Below are positions 46,859 through 57,765 of a DNA stretch of 64,000 nt, piece by piece. The stretch comes from a candidate division FCPU426 bacterium. GTDB lineage: Bacteria; Oederibacteriota; Muellerivitia; Muellerivitales; Muellerivitaceae. The translations under genes were made by a program, and so were the position numbers. The notes below the pieces were generated by a model, which was not told the origin of the DNA, did not search any database, and saw only the letters and a list, made by a program, of their open reading frames with translations. The stretch covers positions 224,001 through 288,000 of the forward strand of contig CAVYSE010000028.1 of the NCBI GenBank assembly GCA_963771075.1, in the 5' to 3' direction. Numbering within the stretch: position 1 is the stretch's first letter; each line of letters starts with the position of its first letter.

Positions 46859-47662
46859 TTACTGAATCAACTTGGGCCGCATCGCCCTTACCGCGAAGAA
46901 GCCCAAGATAAAGGGAACGGTCAACATATAGGTCAGGCTGACGGGCCAATCGGGTTGGAACACGCCGGTGGTCAGCATGCGCGACAAATGCACGAAATGA
47001 TAAAGCGGGAGGATGTAAGCAATCTGCTGGATGACCGGGGGTAGTTTTTCAATTGGAAACAACGTGCCCGAAAAGAGCATCAGGGGGGAGATGATGCCCG
47101 AAACGAAGAAATTGAACTGGTTGATGTTTTTCACCACGGCGTTGGCGAAATAGCCAAGGCTGCCGAAAGCCATGGCCGTAAAGAACCCCACCAGGGGCAC
47201 CAGCAGGGCCAGCGGCGAATGCACCGTGTGGAAGAGCGACAGCACCGCCAGCATGATCGTGGTGTAGAAGACCCCCTTCACCGAGATGAAAATCAACTCG
47301 CCCCAGAAAACCTCGTCCACGCTCACGGGGGTGGAGATCATGGCGTCGTAGTTGTGGTCCATTTCCATCCTCAGGTAGGTGCCGTAGGAGGCGTCGAAGG
47401 CGGAAGTGAAGACCGCCGACATCATGATCTGGGCCGGGGTGATGTAGCTGAGGTAATCCACCCCGTTGATGGAACCGATGGCCGCCGACAGGCCCCAGCC
47501 CACCGCCAGGATGAAGATGAGGGGCTCAATGACCGTGGGAAAGGCGTTGGTTAAAAAATCGTTGAAGTAAACCACCACGTGCCGCATGAAAACGGCGTAG
47601 AGCCTCTGGAACTTACTGGGAACGGAGCGGTGATCCCGCAAAGCGGGTTCAGTCGGATTCAC
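46859..47662 (-). CDS. ABC-2 type permease (NodJ-like)
   Basis: IEPLIFILAVGWGL, YDAMISTPVS, PLMLFSGTLFPIEKLP, LPLYH. Confidence 0.9.
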   Translation of the reverse strand: MNPTEPALRDHRSVPSKFQRLYAVFMRHVVVYFNDFLTNAFPTVIEPLIFILAVGWGLSAAIGSINGVDYLSYITPAQIMMSAVFTSAFDASYGTYLRMEMDHNYDAMISTPVSVDEVFWGELIFISVKGVFYTTIMLAVLSLFHTVHSPLALLVPLVGFFTAMAFGSLGYFANAVVKNINQFNFFVSGIISPLMLFSGTLFPIEKLPPVIQQIAYILPLYHFVHLSRMLTTGVFQPDWPVSLTYMLTVPFILGFFAVRAMRPKLIQ

Positions 47663-48560
47663 GCAGGTCCCTCCCCGTGAGTTTCAAGAACAAATCCTCC
47701 AGCCCCGTGGGCCTAATCTGGAAATCACCCTTGGAAGCCTGGGCGATCTTTTCCAGGGCCATGGCCGACTTGGAATAAAGAAAGATCCGGTCCCCGTGCG
47801 TTTCCGACCTCACCTTTCGCAGGGAGGCTTTGGGAACATTGGTATTGTTCGGGATATCCATCACGAAGGGTTCCAGGTGTTTTTGGATCAGTTCGGCGGG
47901 CTTGCCTTGGGCCAAGACCTTGCCATGGTCGATCACCAGGAGCCGGTCGCAAAGCTGCTGTGCCTCATCCATATAATGGGTGGTCAGGAGCAGGGTGACG
48001 CCCTGGGTCTTGAGCTCCCTCAGCTTGCCCCAGATCAGGTGCCTCACCTGCGGGTCCAAACCGGTGGTAGGTTCGTCCAGGATGAGGAGGTCCGGATCGT
48101 TCAAGAGTGCCCGGGCAATGACCAGCCGGCGCTTCATGCCGCCGGATAGCTCGCGGACATTGGAATCGGCCCGGCTTTCCAGGGCCATGAACTTCAGGAG
48201 GGACTGGATCTTTTCCTTTAAAGCTTTCCCTCCCAGTCCAAAGAACCTTCCATAGATCTCCAGGTTCTGGGCCGGAGTGACCTCGTCGTCCAGGTTGTCG
48301 CTTTGGGCCACGACCCCCAGGCGGTTCTTGATCTCCGGAGCGCTCTTTCGCGGATCCAACCCAAAAATGGAAAGTTCCCCGCTGGTACGGGGAGAAAAGC
48401 AGTAGATCATCTTCATCAGGGTGGATTTGCCCGCCCCATTGGGCCCCAAAAAGCCGAAACATTCACCGCTCTTCACCTCAAAATCCACTCCGTTGACGGC
48501 GGTGAAATCGTCATATTTTTTGAGAAGATTTTTGGATTGGATCAGCTTTTGCGACAACAT
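47649..48560 (-). CDS. ABC transporter ATPase (NodI-like)
   Basis: GECFGFLGPNGAGKST, LSGGMKRRL.IARAL, LDEPTTGLDPQVRH, TTHYMDEA. Confidence 0.93.
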   Translation of the reverse strand: MLSQKLIQSKNLLKKYDDFTAVNGVDFEVKSGECFGFLGPNGAGKSTLMKMIYCFSPRTSGELSIFGLDPRKSAPEIKNRLGVVAQSDNLDDEVTPAQNLEIYGRFFGLGGKALKEKIQSLLKFMALESRADSNVRELSGGMKRRLVIARALLNDPDLLILDEPTTGLDPQVRHLIWGKLRELKTQGVTLLLTTHYMDEAQQLCDRLLVIDHGKVLAQGKPAELIQKHLEPFVMDIPNNTNVPKASLRKVRSETHGDRIFLYSKSAMALEKIAQASKGDFQIRPTGLEDLFLKLTGRDLRESD

Positions 48561-48614
48561 GGGATGACCTCAGGAAGTAAAGAGAAAGGCATCATAATCA
48601 ATTAGGGGGATCAT

Positions 48615-48706
48615 AAAAAAGGGGGCCGGGAAGCCGGCCCCCTCTCTCCTTCTACGGTTCCGCGCCCTCAGGGCTGGGCTGGAACTTGAGCTTTCACCTT
48701 TTTAAC
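48615..48706 (-). ncRNA. Candidate small RNA or attenuating leader (about 90 nt)
   Basis: TTGACG-N17-GAGAAT promoter (48741-48713); internal hairpin GTTCC..GCCC-tga-GGGC..GGAAC; terminator GGGGGCCGG/CCGGCCCCC followed by T6. Confidence 0.5.
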
Positions 48707-48807
48707 AGACAAATTCTCAACCCCAAACTTTAATCCGTCAAGAGGCGACCCTTCGGGTTCTCCCTTGGCTTATCCCCGGTGATTGCTGGAGCCTTGAAAG
48801 CAGCCGG

Positions 48808-51800
48808 TCAAGGCGCCTGGGTTTTATTCGCGGAGCTTGCCGCGGGCGGGAGATCCTCTTCCCCGGACAACCTGCGGATCCAGAGACGGAAATCATCCAC
48901 GTACCCAAAGACTGACGGCACGATGATGAGGGTAAGGACCAAAGAGCTGATGAGCCCGCCCTCCATCGCGATACCCATGGATTGCCGGAACTTGCCCACC
49001 TCGGTCAGGGCCAGGGCCACCGGCAGCATGCCGGCGATCAGGGCGAAGGTGGTCATAAGGATGGGCCGCAAACGCACCCGACCAGCGGCTTTCAGGGCCT
49101 CGTCCCGGGGCATGCCCTTTCGCATCATCTGCAGGGTGTAATCGACCAACAGGATGGAATTTTTCGTGACCAAGCCCATGAGCATGACAATGGAGATCAT
49201 GCTGAAGATGCTGAGGGTGACATAGGGAATGAAAATCCCGCCCACGAAAAGCGCGGCCAGGGCGCCCACCATGGCCAGGGGGATGGACATCATGATGGCC
49301 AGGGGATAAATGGGCGATTCATAAAGGCTGGCGAGGATCATGAAGGTGAAGAGCGTGGAAAGCCCCACGGCGATGAGCATGTTGACGATGAGGTCGTGAA
49401 AATCCTCCGCCTGGCCCACGAACTCGTAGGAGACCCCCTTGGGCATCTGCATCCCGTCCAATATCCGCTTTCCCTGTTTCAACACATTGCCTAAACTGCC
49501 GCCCGTGGCCAATTGCCCGGTGATCTGCACATAGCGAGCCCTGTCCTCCCGGTCGATCTCCGAAGGCCCCTGGGTCGTGACGGGTTGGGCGATCTCCGAA
49601 AGGCGGATCAGGTTGCCGTTCTGGTTGGGGACCAGCACCTTCGCGAATTCGGTCTGCAAATCGCGCTGGTCTTCCTGGAGCCGCACGCGGATGAAATATT
49701 CCAACCCGCCCTGCCTGAACTTGGCGGGCGTGGCCCCCTCCACCTGGGTTCGAAGCTCGTTCCCCGCCTCGATCCCGGAGACCCCCAGGCTCTGGAGCTT
49801 CCTCGGGTCCAGCTTGACCTGGAACTCGGGTTTTCCGCCGTTATAGGTGGATTGCACGTCGGCCAGCCCCTGGAAATGCCCTTGAATCTTTTCCGCCACC
49901 TGCTGGGCGAAGGGCGCCAGCACCGAATAATCCTCGCCGATCAGGTTCAGGGTGAAGGGCGCCTGGGCCATGACCGGATCGTAATCGGAAACCTGCGGGT
50001 TCAATTCGTCCCGGTAGGGTTCCAGTTCCTTGCGGAGAATTTCCTTGAATCGGCGGTCCCGATCTTGCGTTGGCTGGAGGGCTTCATCAGGATAAGAGGT
50101 TGGACTTGTTGGACCCCTGGTTGGCGCCGGTGGCGTCCGAGCCGCCGATGGTATCCGCCACCAGGTCCACCTCCGGGTGTTTCCGCACCAGGGCCTCGAT
50201 CTTCAGGGTCTTGTCCCGCATGGTTTCCAGGTCGGTGGCCGGGTCCGCTTTCAAGTACACGGCGAATTGGCCCACGTCCGCGGCGGGCTTGAAGTCGACC
50301 TTCATGAAGGGCAAGAGCCCCAGGCTCAAGAGGAAGATGACCGCGGCTGAGAGAACGATCCAGAAGCGGTGCTTCAGGCACCAACCGATGACCCCCACAT
50401 AACCTTCCTGAAGACTGTCCTGGAACCGACCGAATCCCTGGAGGAAGGGGGCGCAGAAATGGTCGATGGTGTCGATCAGGCTGTAGCCCTTCCCCCTTTT
50501 CTTGCCCCAGAAGGCCGACAGGATGGGGCCCATGACCATGGCCTCGAAAAGGGAGATGGCCATGGCGAAACAAACCGTCAGGCCGAACTGCCGGAAGAAC
50601 TGCCCCACCAGCCCGCTCAAGAACGAGATGGGCATGAACACCGCGATGACCACCGAGGAGGTGGCCACGACCGCCAGGCCCACTTCCAGGGCGGCCCCGA
50701 CGGCAGCCTTCTTGGGCTCTTCCCCCTTCTCGATATGCCGCCAGATGTTTTCCCGCACCACGATGGCGTCGTCGATCAATAGCCCCACCGCCAAGGACAG
50801 GGCCAGCAGGGTCATCATGTTCAGGGTGAACCCCACCCCGTTCATGAGGAAGAAGGCCCCGAAGAGCGAGACGGGCAGGGCCGTGATGGTAATGAGCGTC
50901 GAGCGGAAACTGCCGAGAAAGAAGAAAACCACAAGGATGGTGAGGAAAACGCCCTGGAGGATGGTGAATTTGACGTCCTCCAGGTTCATGCGGATATACC
51001 AGGCCATGTCCTGGAACATGACCAGGTGCGGGTTCCCCGGCTCGCCCTTCAGGTTCTCGTTGATCTTATCGATGCGTTTGATGAGCCCGTCCACCACGGC
51101 CACCGTGTTGGCCTTGGACTGCTTCACCACCTGGATCACCAGGGTCGGTTGTCCGTTGATGTAGCTGTACCCCTGCGCGTCCTCAACCGTATCCACGACC
51201 TGGCCCAATTGTTCCACGGGCACGGAGACATCCGACCCCATGAAATTGACCGAGGTCTGCTTCAGGCGGTCCAGGTCGTCATATTGGCCGACGGACCGGA
51301 ACAGCAGGTCCTTACCCGCCACCTGGATCGTCCCCACCGGCACGTTCATGCCGTTCAAGCCGATGCGGGTGGCCACCTGGGAAGCGCTGATGCGATATCG
51401 GTTGAGCTTGTTCCGGTCCAGTTGGACCTGGATCTCCCGCTTGCGCCCGCCCTGGATGCTGATAACCCCCACCCCCTGCACCTGCGCCAGCTGGGGCTTG
51501 ATGACCTGGTCGGCCAGGTCATAGGCCTGGGCGGGGGGCAAGGTGGAGGAAAGGCTCAGCTGGGCGATGGGGAGGGCGGATGGATCAAGCCGCCGCACGA
51601 TGGGCTCGTCGATATCCTTGGGCAGGGTCGACCGCGCGAAGGAAAGGTGGTCCTTCACCTGCTGTTCCGAATCCTTCACGTCGGCGTCCATGTTGAACTG
51701 GACCATGACCACCGAGTAGCCCTCCTGGTTGACGGAGGTGACCTTCTTCACGCCCTGGATGGTGGAAAACTCGTCCTCCAGGGGCTTGGAGACCTGGGTC

Positions 51801-51979
51801 TCGATCTCCTCGGGGGAGGCGCCCTGGTAGGGGGTGGTCACGATGACGAAGGGAAAGCTCACGTCGGGGAAGAGGTCCACCGCCATGATGTTGTAGGCCA
51901 TGATGCCCAGGACGAGGATGAGGATGACCACGCAGCTCATGAAGACGGGGCGGTCGATGGCGAGTTTGGGCAAATTCAA
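48808..51979 (-). CDS. AcrB/RND efflux permease, copy 2 (two one-base deletions at about 50093 and 50049)
   Basis: MNLPKLAIDRPVF, GLLIDDAIVVRENI, GLVTKNSILLVD, RLRPILMTT; fragments are collinear with the paralogue. Confidence 0.92.
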
Positions 51980-51996
51980 GTTTTTTTCCTTATTCC

Positions 51997-52131
51997 GTCA
52001 TTGCGAGGTCCAGCCCCAATCGGGGCGATTTGGGCCGTCGCAATCTCAGTTAATGATTTTAAAAAACCACAACTAAACCTGAGATTCCCACGTCGCCGTT
52101 CGGCCCTATCGGGCCGGCTCCTCGGAATGAC
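51997..52131. repeat. Inverted doublet of 53-bp palindromic repeats (R1 51997-52049 forward, R2 52079-52131 reverse)
   Basis: Both read GTCATT(G/C)CGAGG-N27-CGT(C/G)G(C/G)AATCTCAG. Confidence 0.9.
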
Positions 52132-52168
52132 AACTAAAACATCTTTATCACAGCAATTCGACTTTGGT

Positions 52169-52593
52169 GTCATTGCGAGGAGTTGCACCGATAGGCACGT
52201 TTAGCGACGTCGCAATCTCAGTTGCCGTTCTCTTGTTACAATTCTTCATACAAATCCTTCCACGAATCATTCATATTCCGAATAAGTTCAATCTTCCTGA
52301 TTCTGGAATAATTTTTGATCTGTTTTTCTCTTTCAATGGCAACCGAAATACTGTCTGAAACTTCGTAATAAACCAATTTCATTAAATTGAACCTTTTTGA
52401 AAAACCTTCCACTAATTTTTCTTTATGTTCGTATATTCTTCGTTTCAGGTCGTTAGTGACCCCGGTGTAAAGGGTGGTGTTGTTTTTGTTGGTCAGTATG
52501 TAAATGTACCCATGGTTAGTCCAACTCCAAGGCAAAAAACCTGAGATTGCGACGTCGCCAACCATGCCTAGCGGCATGGCTCCTCGCAATGAC
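52169..52593. mobile_element. GIY-YIG nuclease cassette bounded by inverted 53-bp repeats R3 (52169-52221) and R4 (52541-52593)
   Basis: Two copies of the repeat in inverted orientation flank an AT-rich nuclease gene inside a GC-rich RND operon. Confidence 0.75.
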
Positions 52594-52595
52594 AT
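52236..52595 (-). CDS. Stand-alone GIY-YIG nuclease (UPF0213/YhbQ-like); start uncertain
   Basis: GYIYILTNKNNTTLYTGVTNDLKRRIYEHK..LVYYE..AIEREKQIK; in-frame ATG 52595 follows AAGGAG. Confidence 0.9.
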   Translation of the reverse strand: MSLRGAMPLGMVGDVAISGFLPWSWTNHGYIYILTNKNNTTLYTGVTNDLKRRIYEHKEKLVEGFSKRFNLMKLVYYEVSDSISVAIEREKQIKNYSRIRKIELIRNMNDSWKDLYEEL

Positions 52596-52626
52596 CAACT
52601 CCTTTTTCAATATCAACAGCAACGGG

Positions 52627-55600
52627 TTAGGCGTTCAAGGACGAAAACATCCGGGTCAGCCAAAGCCTGAAGTCGTCCACATAGCCGAAGACCGAAGGCA
52701 CGATGACCAGCGTCAACAAAAGCGAACTGATCAAGCCCCCCTCGATGGCCACGCCCATGGACTGGCGGAATTTTCCCACTTCGGTCAAGGCCAGGGCCAC
52801 CGGCAGCATGCCCGCGATGAGGGCGAAGGTGGTCATGAGGATGGGGCGCAGGCGAACCTTGCCCGCCATCTTGAGCGCCTCGTCCCTGGGATGCCCTTTG
52901 CGCATCATCTGTAGGGTGTAGTCCACCAGCAGGATTGAATTTTTGGTGACGAGACCCAACAACATGATGAGGGCGACCATGCTGAAGATGTTCAGGCTCA
53001 GGGTGGGCACGATCATCTGCCCGAGGAAAAGGGCGAAGAAGGCCCCGACGATGGCCAAGGGGATGGCCAGCATGATGGTAAAGGGGATGATGGGCGACTC
53101 GTAAAGGCTGGCGAGGATCATGAAGGTGAAAAGAACCGCCAGGCCCACAGCCTCCAGCATGCTGACCATGAGGTCCTGCAGGTCCTGCGCCTGGCCCACG
53201 AACTCATAGGTGCACCCCCGGGGGCAGTTGGATGCCGTTCATGATCTCCTTGGCCTTGTCGATGGCCCCGCCTAAGGCCCCGCCGGGGGCGATCTGCGCC
53301 GAGATCATGATGTAGCGGGCGCGGTCCTGCCGGTCGATCCGGGCGGGCCCCTCGGTGGTGACCGGATGGGAAATATCGGACAAGGCGCACCATGTTGTGG
53401 TTTTGGTTGGGCACGAGGGTCGAGGCGTATTGCTTTTCCAGGTTCCTCTGGTCCTCCTGCAGGCGCACGCGAATGTCGTAGTCCTGGCCGTGCTGGCGAA
53501 GTTTCGCCGCGACCAACCCTTCCACCTGGGTGCGCAGTTCCATCCCCGCGTCCACGCCCGAAACCCCGAGGGCCTTCATGCGCTCCGGGTCCAAAACCGC
53601 CTGGAACTCGGGCTTGCCACCGTCGTAGGTCGATTGCACGTCGGCCAGATCCTTCACCGACCGGATCTTTTCGGCCACTTGGTCGGCGAAAGGCACCAGG
53701 GTGGCGTAATCGTCGCCCACCAGGTTCAGGTTAAAAGGCGCCTGGTCGCCGAACGCGCTGGCTTCCGCCACCTGGGGCTTCAGCGAGTCCTTGAAGGGTT
53801 CCAGTTCTTGGCGAACCTTGGACATCATCTGGGAAGTGGTGATATCCCGATCCTGATAGGGCTTGAGCCGGATATAAAGCCGGCCCTTGTTGACGCCCTG
53901 CGCCGCGCCCGAACCGTCCGTTCCCCCGATCGAACCGGATAAAACCACGACCTCGGGGTGCTTTTGGATCACCTGGGCCACCTGTTCGGTCATCGTTTTC
54001 ATCTCGTCCAGGGAGGTTCCCGGCGCGGACTTCAACAGCACCACGAACTCGCCCACGTCGGCCGTGGGAAGGAAGGTGAACTTGATGTGCGGCCCCAGGA
54101 CCAGCATGGAAAAGAAAAAGAGGAAGATTGCGGAACCGATCACCTTTTTCCGGTTCCTCAGGCACCAATCGATCAGGATCGCGTAACGGCCCTCCAGAAA
54201 ATCCTGGAAGCGGCTGAAGGCCTTGAGGATGGGCGTAATCACCGGGATCTCGCCCTCGCCCTTCACCGTTTTCTTGGCCCAATAGGCCGAGAGGAGCGGG
54301 CCCATGACCATGGCCTCAAAGAGGGAGATCCCCATGGCGAAACAAACCGTCATGCCGAATTCCCTGAAGAACTGGCCCACGATGCCCTTGAGGAAGGCGA
54401 TGGGCAAAAAGACCGCGATGATGACCGAGGAGGTCGCCACAACCGCCAGGGCCACTTCCAGCGCCCCCTTCACGGCTGCTTCCTTGGGGGGCATGCCTTC
54501 CTCGATATGGCGCCAGATGTTTTCCCGCACGACGATGGCGTCGTCGATCAAAAGCCCCACGGCCAAGGACAAGGCCAGAAGGGTCATGACATTCAGGGTG
54601 TAACCCTGGCTGTTCATGAGGAAAAAAGCGCCCAAAAGGGATACGGGCAGGGACGTGATGGTAATCAGGGTGGAGCGGAAGGAACCCAGGAACAATAGGA
54701 CCACCAAAATGGTGAGTAGGATCCCCTCGATGATGGTGTATTTGACGTCGGTGAGATTCATGCGCACTGGCCGGGCCATTTCCTGGATCACGGAAAGCCC
54801 GGGCGAACCCGTTTTCGTCTTCAGGAATTCATTGATCTTGTCCATCTGCTTCAAGGCCCCGTCCACTACCGCCACGGTATTGGCCTTGGACTGTTTATAG
54901 ACCTGAAGCACCAGGGTGGGCTTTCCGTTGAGGAAGCTGTAACTGTCGGCGTCCGCCACCGTGTCGACCACGTTTCCCAGCTTGTCCACCGTCACCGAAA
55001 CGTCGGATCCGAAAAAATTGACCGGTGTGTTCTTGATGCGATCCAGGTCGTTATATTCCCCCACGGACCGGAACAAAAGCTCACGCGCGCCCAGGTCCAC
55101 CTTCCCCACGGGCACGTTCATGCCGTTCAGGCCGATCTTGTCCGCCACCTGGCCCGCGCTGATGCGGTAACGGTTGAGTTGGTCGCGGTCCAACTGGACC
55201 TGGATCTCCCGCTTGTGCCCCCCGATGATGTTGACCACCCCCACTCCCGGCACTTCCGCCAGGCGGGGTTTGACATATTGGTCCGCCAGGTCGTAGATAT
55301 CGGCCGCGGTTAATCCCGGGGCCTGGAGGCTGAGGATGGCGACGGCCTGGTCGGTGGGATCGAACCGCCGGATGATGGGCTCATCCACGCCCTTGGGCAG
55401 CTGGGGCCGCACGAAGGCCACCCGGTCGCGCACCTGCTGTTCGGCGTCCTTGGCGTCGGTCTCCAGGGTGAACTGGACCCAGATGACCGCGAACCCTTCC
55501 TGGTTGGAGGAGGAGACCTTTTTCACGCCCTGGAGGGAGCTGAGCTCGTCCTCCATGGGCTTGGAGATCTGGGTCTCGATCTCTTCCGGGCTGGCTCCCT

Positions 55601-55754
55601 GGTAGGGTACCGTCACGAACACGAAAGGAAAGCTGACGTCCGGGAAGAGGTCCACCCCCAGGGAGTTATAGCCCATGATGCCAAGTACCATGATGAGGAT
55701 GACCACACAGCTCATGAAGACGGGGCGCTCGATGGCAAGTTTGGGTAAGTTCAC
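52627..55754 (-). CDS. AcrB/RND efflux permease, copy 1 (two one-base insertions at about 53384 and 53213)
   Basis: MNLPKLAIERPVF, IDDAIVVRENI, GLVTKNSILLVD, RLRPILMTT; the shifted frame restores GPARIDRQDRARYI. Confidence 0.92.
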
Positions 55755-55823
55755 AAAGCTTCTCCTTAATCCACTCTGATCTTTTTTCCCCTTAAAGCTT
55801 CCATTAAACTTCTCGCACGCCGA

Positions 55824-55878
55824 TAGCGGTTAGCGGTTGGCTGTTAGCTAAAAGCAAACAACCATCGGCCAATGGCTT
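55824..55878. repeat. Second heptamer-built palindrome, same family as 16067-16129
   Basis: tagcgg ttagcgg ttggctg ttagcta ... accatcggccaatggct. Confidence 0.6.
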
Positions 55879-55881
55879 TCT

Positions 55882-57333
55882 TTATTGCTCTTTTTCCGTG
55901 GAGAGCCACCATTGGGCTTGCGCCAGCAAACCCAGTTTTTCGGTGACCAACGAAAGACGGCTCAACCGGGCCAGGAAATACTGGTTTTCGATGGATAAAA
56001 GGGTGAACTGGGTGGTCCGTCCCAGGCCCAATTGTTTCCGCTCCGCGTCGGCGTTGAGGCGTTGGAGACTCTCGATGTCCGCCGCCATGGCCAGCCGCTT
56101 GTCCACATCCTTCAACCGGTCCTGGATGTCCTTCCATTCCTGGTCCACTTCCAACCGCTTGTCCTGAAGGGTCAGAACCGAACTCTCGTATTCCTTCTGG
56201 TATCCCTCGGCGGTCCTTTCCGCGGTGAATACATCGAGGGAAAGGTTGAACTGGGCGCCCAACAACCAGGTAGGATGGTCGGTGCCAAAGGCGGTGTTAT
56301 TGGCGTTCTGGAAATTCGGGTCCAACCCGTTTCCCCGCCAGGAGGCGAAGGCCTCGATGTCGGGGTAGATGTTCTGATAGGTCTGGTCATAGGCGGATTT
56401 TTTCTGCCGGGTTTGGGCTTCCACGGCCTGAAGGTCCATGCGGTCGGGAAGGTTCTTGGGGAACACCACCTTTTCGTGGGCGAGCGACCTTTCCAAAGCC
56501 TCCAACTTTTCGGGAACCTGGTCGGTGGTTTTGTCGCGGAATCGGTTAAAAGCCAGGCGGGCCGACCTTTCCCGGTTCAAGGCCGATTGCAGGTCCAGGT
56601 CCGCCTCCTTCACCGCGGCCTCCGCCTGCAGGGCGTCCGGAGGATCGGCCAGGTTGTGGGCGACCCGGCGTTGGGTCCAAGTCCAGATCTTTTGGTTTCG
56701 CTCCAGGGTGTCCCGGCGGATATCCACTTCCGCCCGGGCCAGGGCCAGGTTCCAATAAGCGAGCTTGGCGTTATAGATCACCCCATCCTTTTGAAAGGCG
56801 GACATTTTCTCGGCCGATTCCAGGCCATATTGCACGCTTTTGACCCCGGCGCCGGTTTGGGCGCCGCCGAAATCCTTGAAGAGGGGAACCGTCAAGGAAA
56901 GGACGGGCGAGATTTGGAAATAGGAGGTCTCAAAGGCGCCCGAACCCGGCGGGGCCAGGCTCAACAATTCGGAGGGATAGCTCAAATTGACGTTGGAAAA
57001 AGCGTAACCCACGGAAATCGAAGGCCCGAAGGGCAGTTTGTCCACGATCGAGGCGCCCGCAGAATCGGCCAGGGTCTGGGTGGTCGCGAGAATCGTGGGT
57101 TGCTGGGATTGGTCGTTGAGATGGGTGTAGGCCACCTCCAATTGGGGCGAATAGATCAAATCGTTTTGATGGGATTCTTTCTCATAAGCTATCGCGGAGG
57201 CTTGGGACGCCTTGAAATCCGCCCCCTGGCTTTGGACCTGATCGAGGTAAGACTCCAGGGTTAAATTTTGCTGGGACCAGGCGAGACCCGCCGCGAGCCA
57301 AATTCCCAAGCCCATTCGTGTCGAGTTTTTCAT
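55882..57333 (-). CDS. TolC family outer membrane protein
   Basis: Signal peptide, AKLAYWNLAL, AERKQLGLGRTTQFTLL; located in the RND operon. Confidence 0.85.
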   Translation of the reverse strand: MKNSTRMGLGIWLAAGLAWSQQNLTLESYLDQVQSQGADFKASQASAIAYEKESHQNDLIYSPQLEVAYTHLNDQSQQPTILATTQTLADSAGASIVDKLPFGPSISVGYAFSNVNLSYPSELLSLAPPGSGAFETSYFQISPVLSLTVPLFKDFGGAQTGAGVKSVQYGLESAEKMSAFQKDGVIYNAKLAYWNLALARAEVDIRRDTLERNQKIWTWTQRRVAHNLADPPDALQAEAAVKEADLDLQSALNRERSARLAFNRFRDKTTDQVPEKLEALERSLAHEKVVFPKNLPDRMDLQAVEAQTRQKKSAYDQTYQNIYPDIEAFASWRGNGLDPNFQNANNTAFGTDHPTWLLGAQFNLSLDVFTAERTAEGYQKEYESSVLTLQDKRLEVDQEWKDIQDRLKDVDKRLAMAADIESLQRLNADAERKQLGLGRTTQFTLLSIENQYFLARLSRLSLVTEKLGLLAQAQWWLSTEKEQ

Positions 57334-57372
57334 AAATTTCCTTTAAAGAATTTCAACGGAGCCTTCTTATTC

Positions 57373-57765
57373 CTATTCGCTACTCTTTTTCTCAACCCAC
57401 TCTTTCCATTCCTGCTCGGACCAGTTTTGCCAATCCCCTTTTGGCATATGCCGGCAGGCCCATCTTTTCCAATGATGCCGTCCCCAAGGCCCATGCCCGC
57501 CCCCGTTTACTTGTTGGGGAATGACCAGGCCCAGGACGGCCGACGCCAAGGCCACCACACCCCCGACCAGGAGCGCCGTGATGACAAAGATCGTCAGGAG
57601 CGTCGGTCCCAGCGATTGCCCGAAGACCAGCACGATCAAGGGCAACCCCAAGGCGATGCAGGCCCCTCCGATGACCCCCGCCACGGCGATGGTGGTCCCT
57701 CCGGTTCGGAACTGGACATTCGCGTGGACCTTCTCGTTATCCTTCTCTTTCGTTTCCTCAATCAT
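57373..57765 (-). CDS. Small two-TM protein overlapping the ECF sigma gene (candidate anti-sigma factor)
   Basis: Two hydrophobic segments, Trp/His-rich C-terminus; 8-bp overlap with the sigma gene. Confidence 0.65.
   Translation of the reverse strand: MIEETKEKDNEKVHANVQFRTGGTTIAVAGVIGGACIALGLPLIVLVFGQSLGPTLLTIFVITALLVGGVVALASAVLGLVIPQQVNGGGHGPWGRHHWKRWACRHMPKGDWQNWSEQEWKEWVEKKSSE

Noticed and set aside
51026..52204. 392-aa plus-strand ORF, and the 70-aa ORF at 51976-52188
   Set aside because: Antisense to the RND gene or translation of the palindromic repeats.
51997..52593. The four 53-bp repeats as a CRISPR array
   Set aside because: Orientation alternates, interiors vary, spacing is irregular and there are no cas genes.
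48808..55754. RND fragments as separate genes or true pseudogenes
   Set aside because: Fragments join seamlessly with single-base corrections and match each other's paralogue.
56032..57264. 410-aa plus-strand ORF
   Set aside because: Antisense shadow of tolC.
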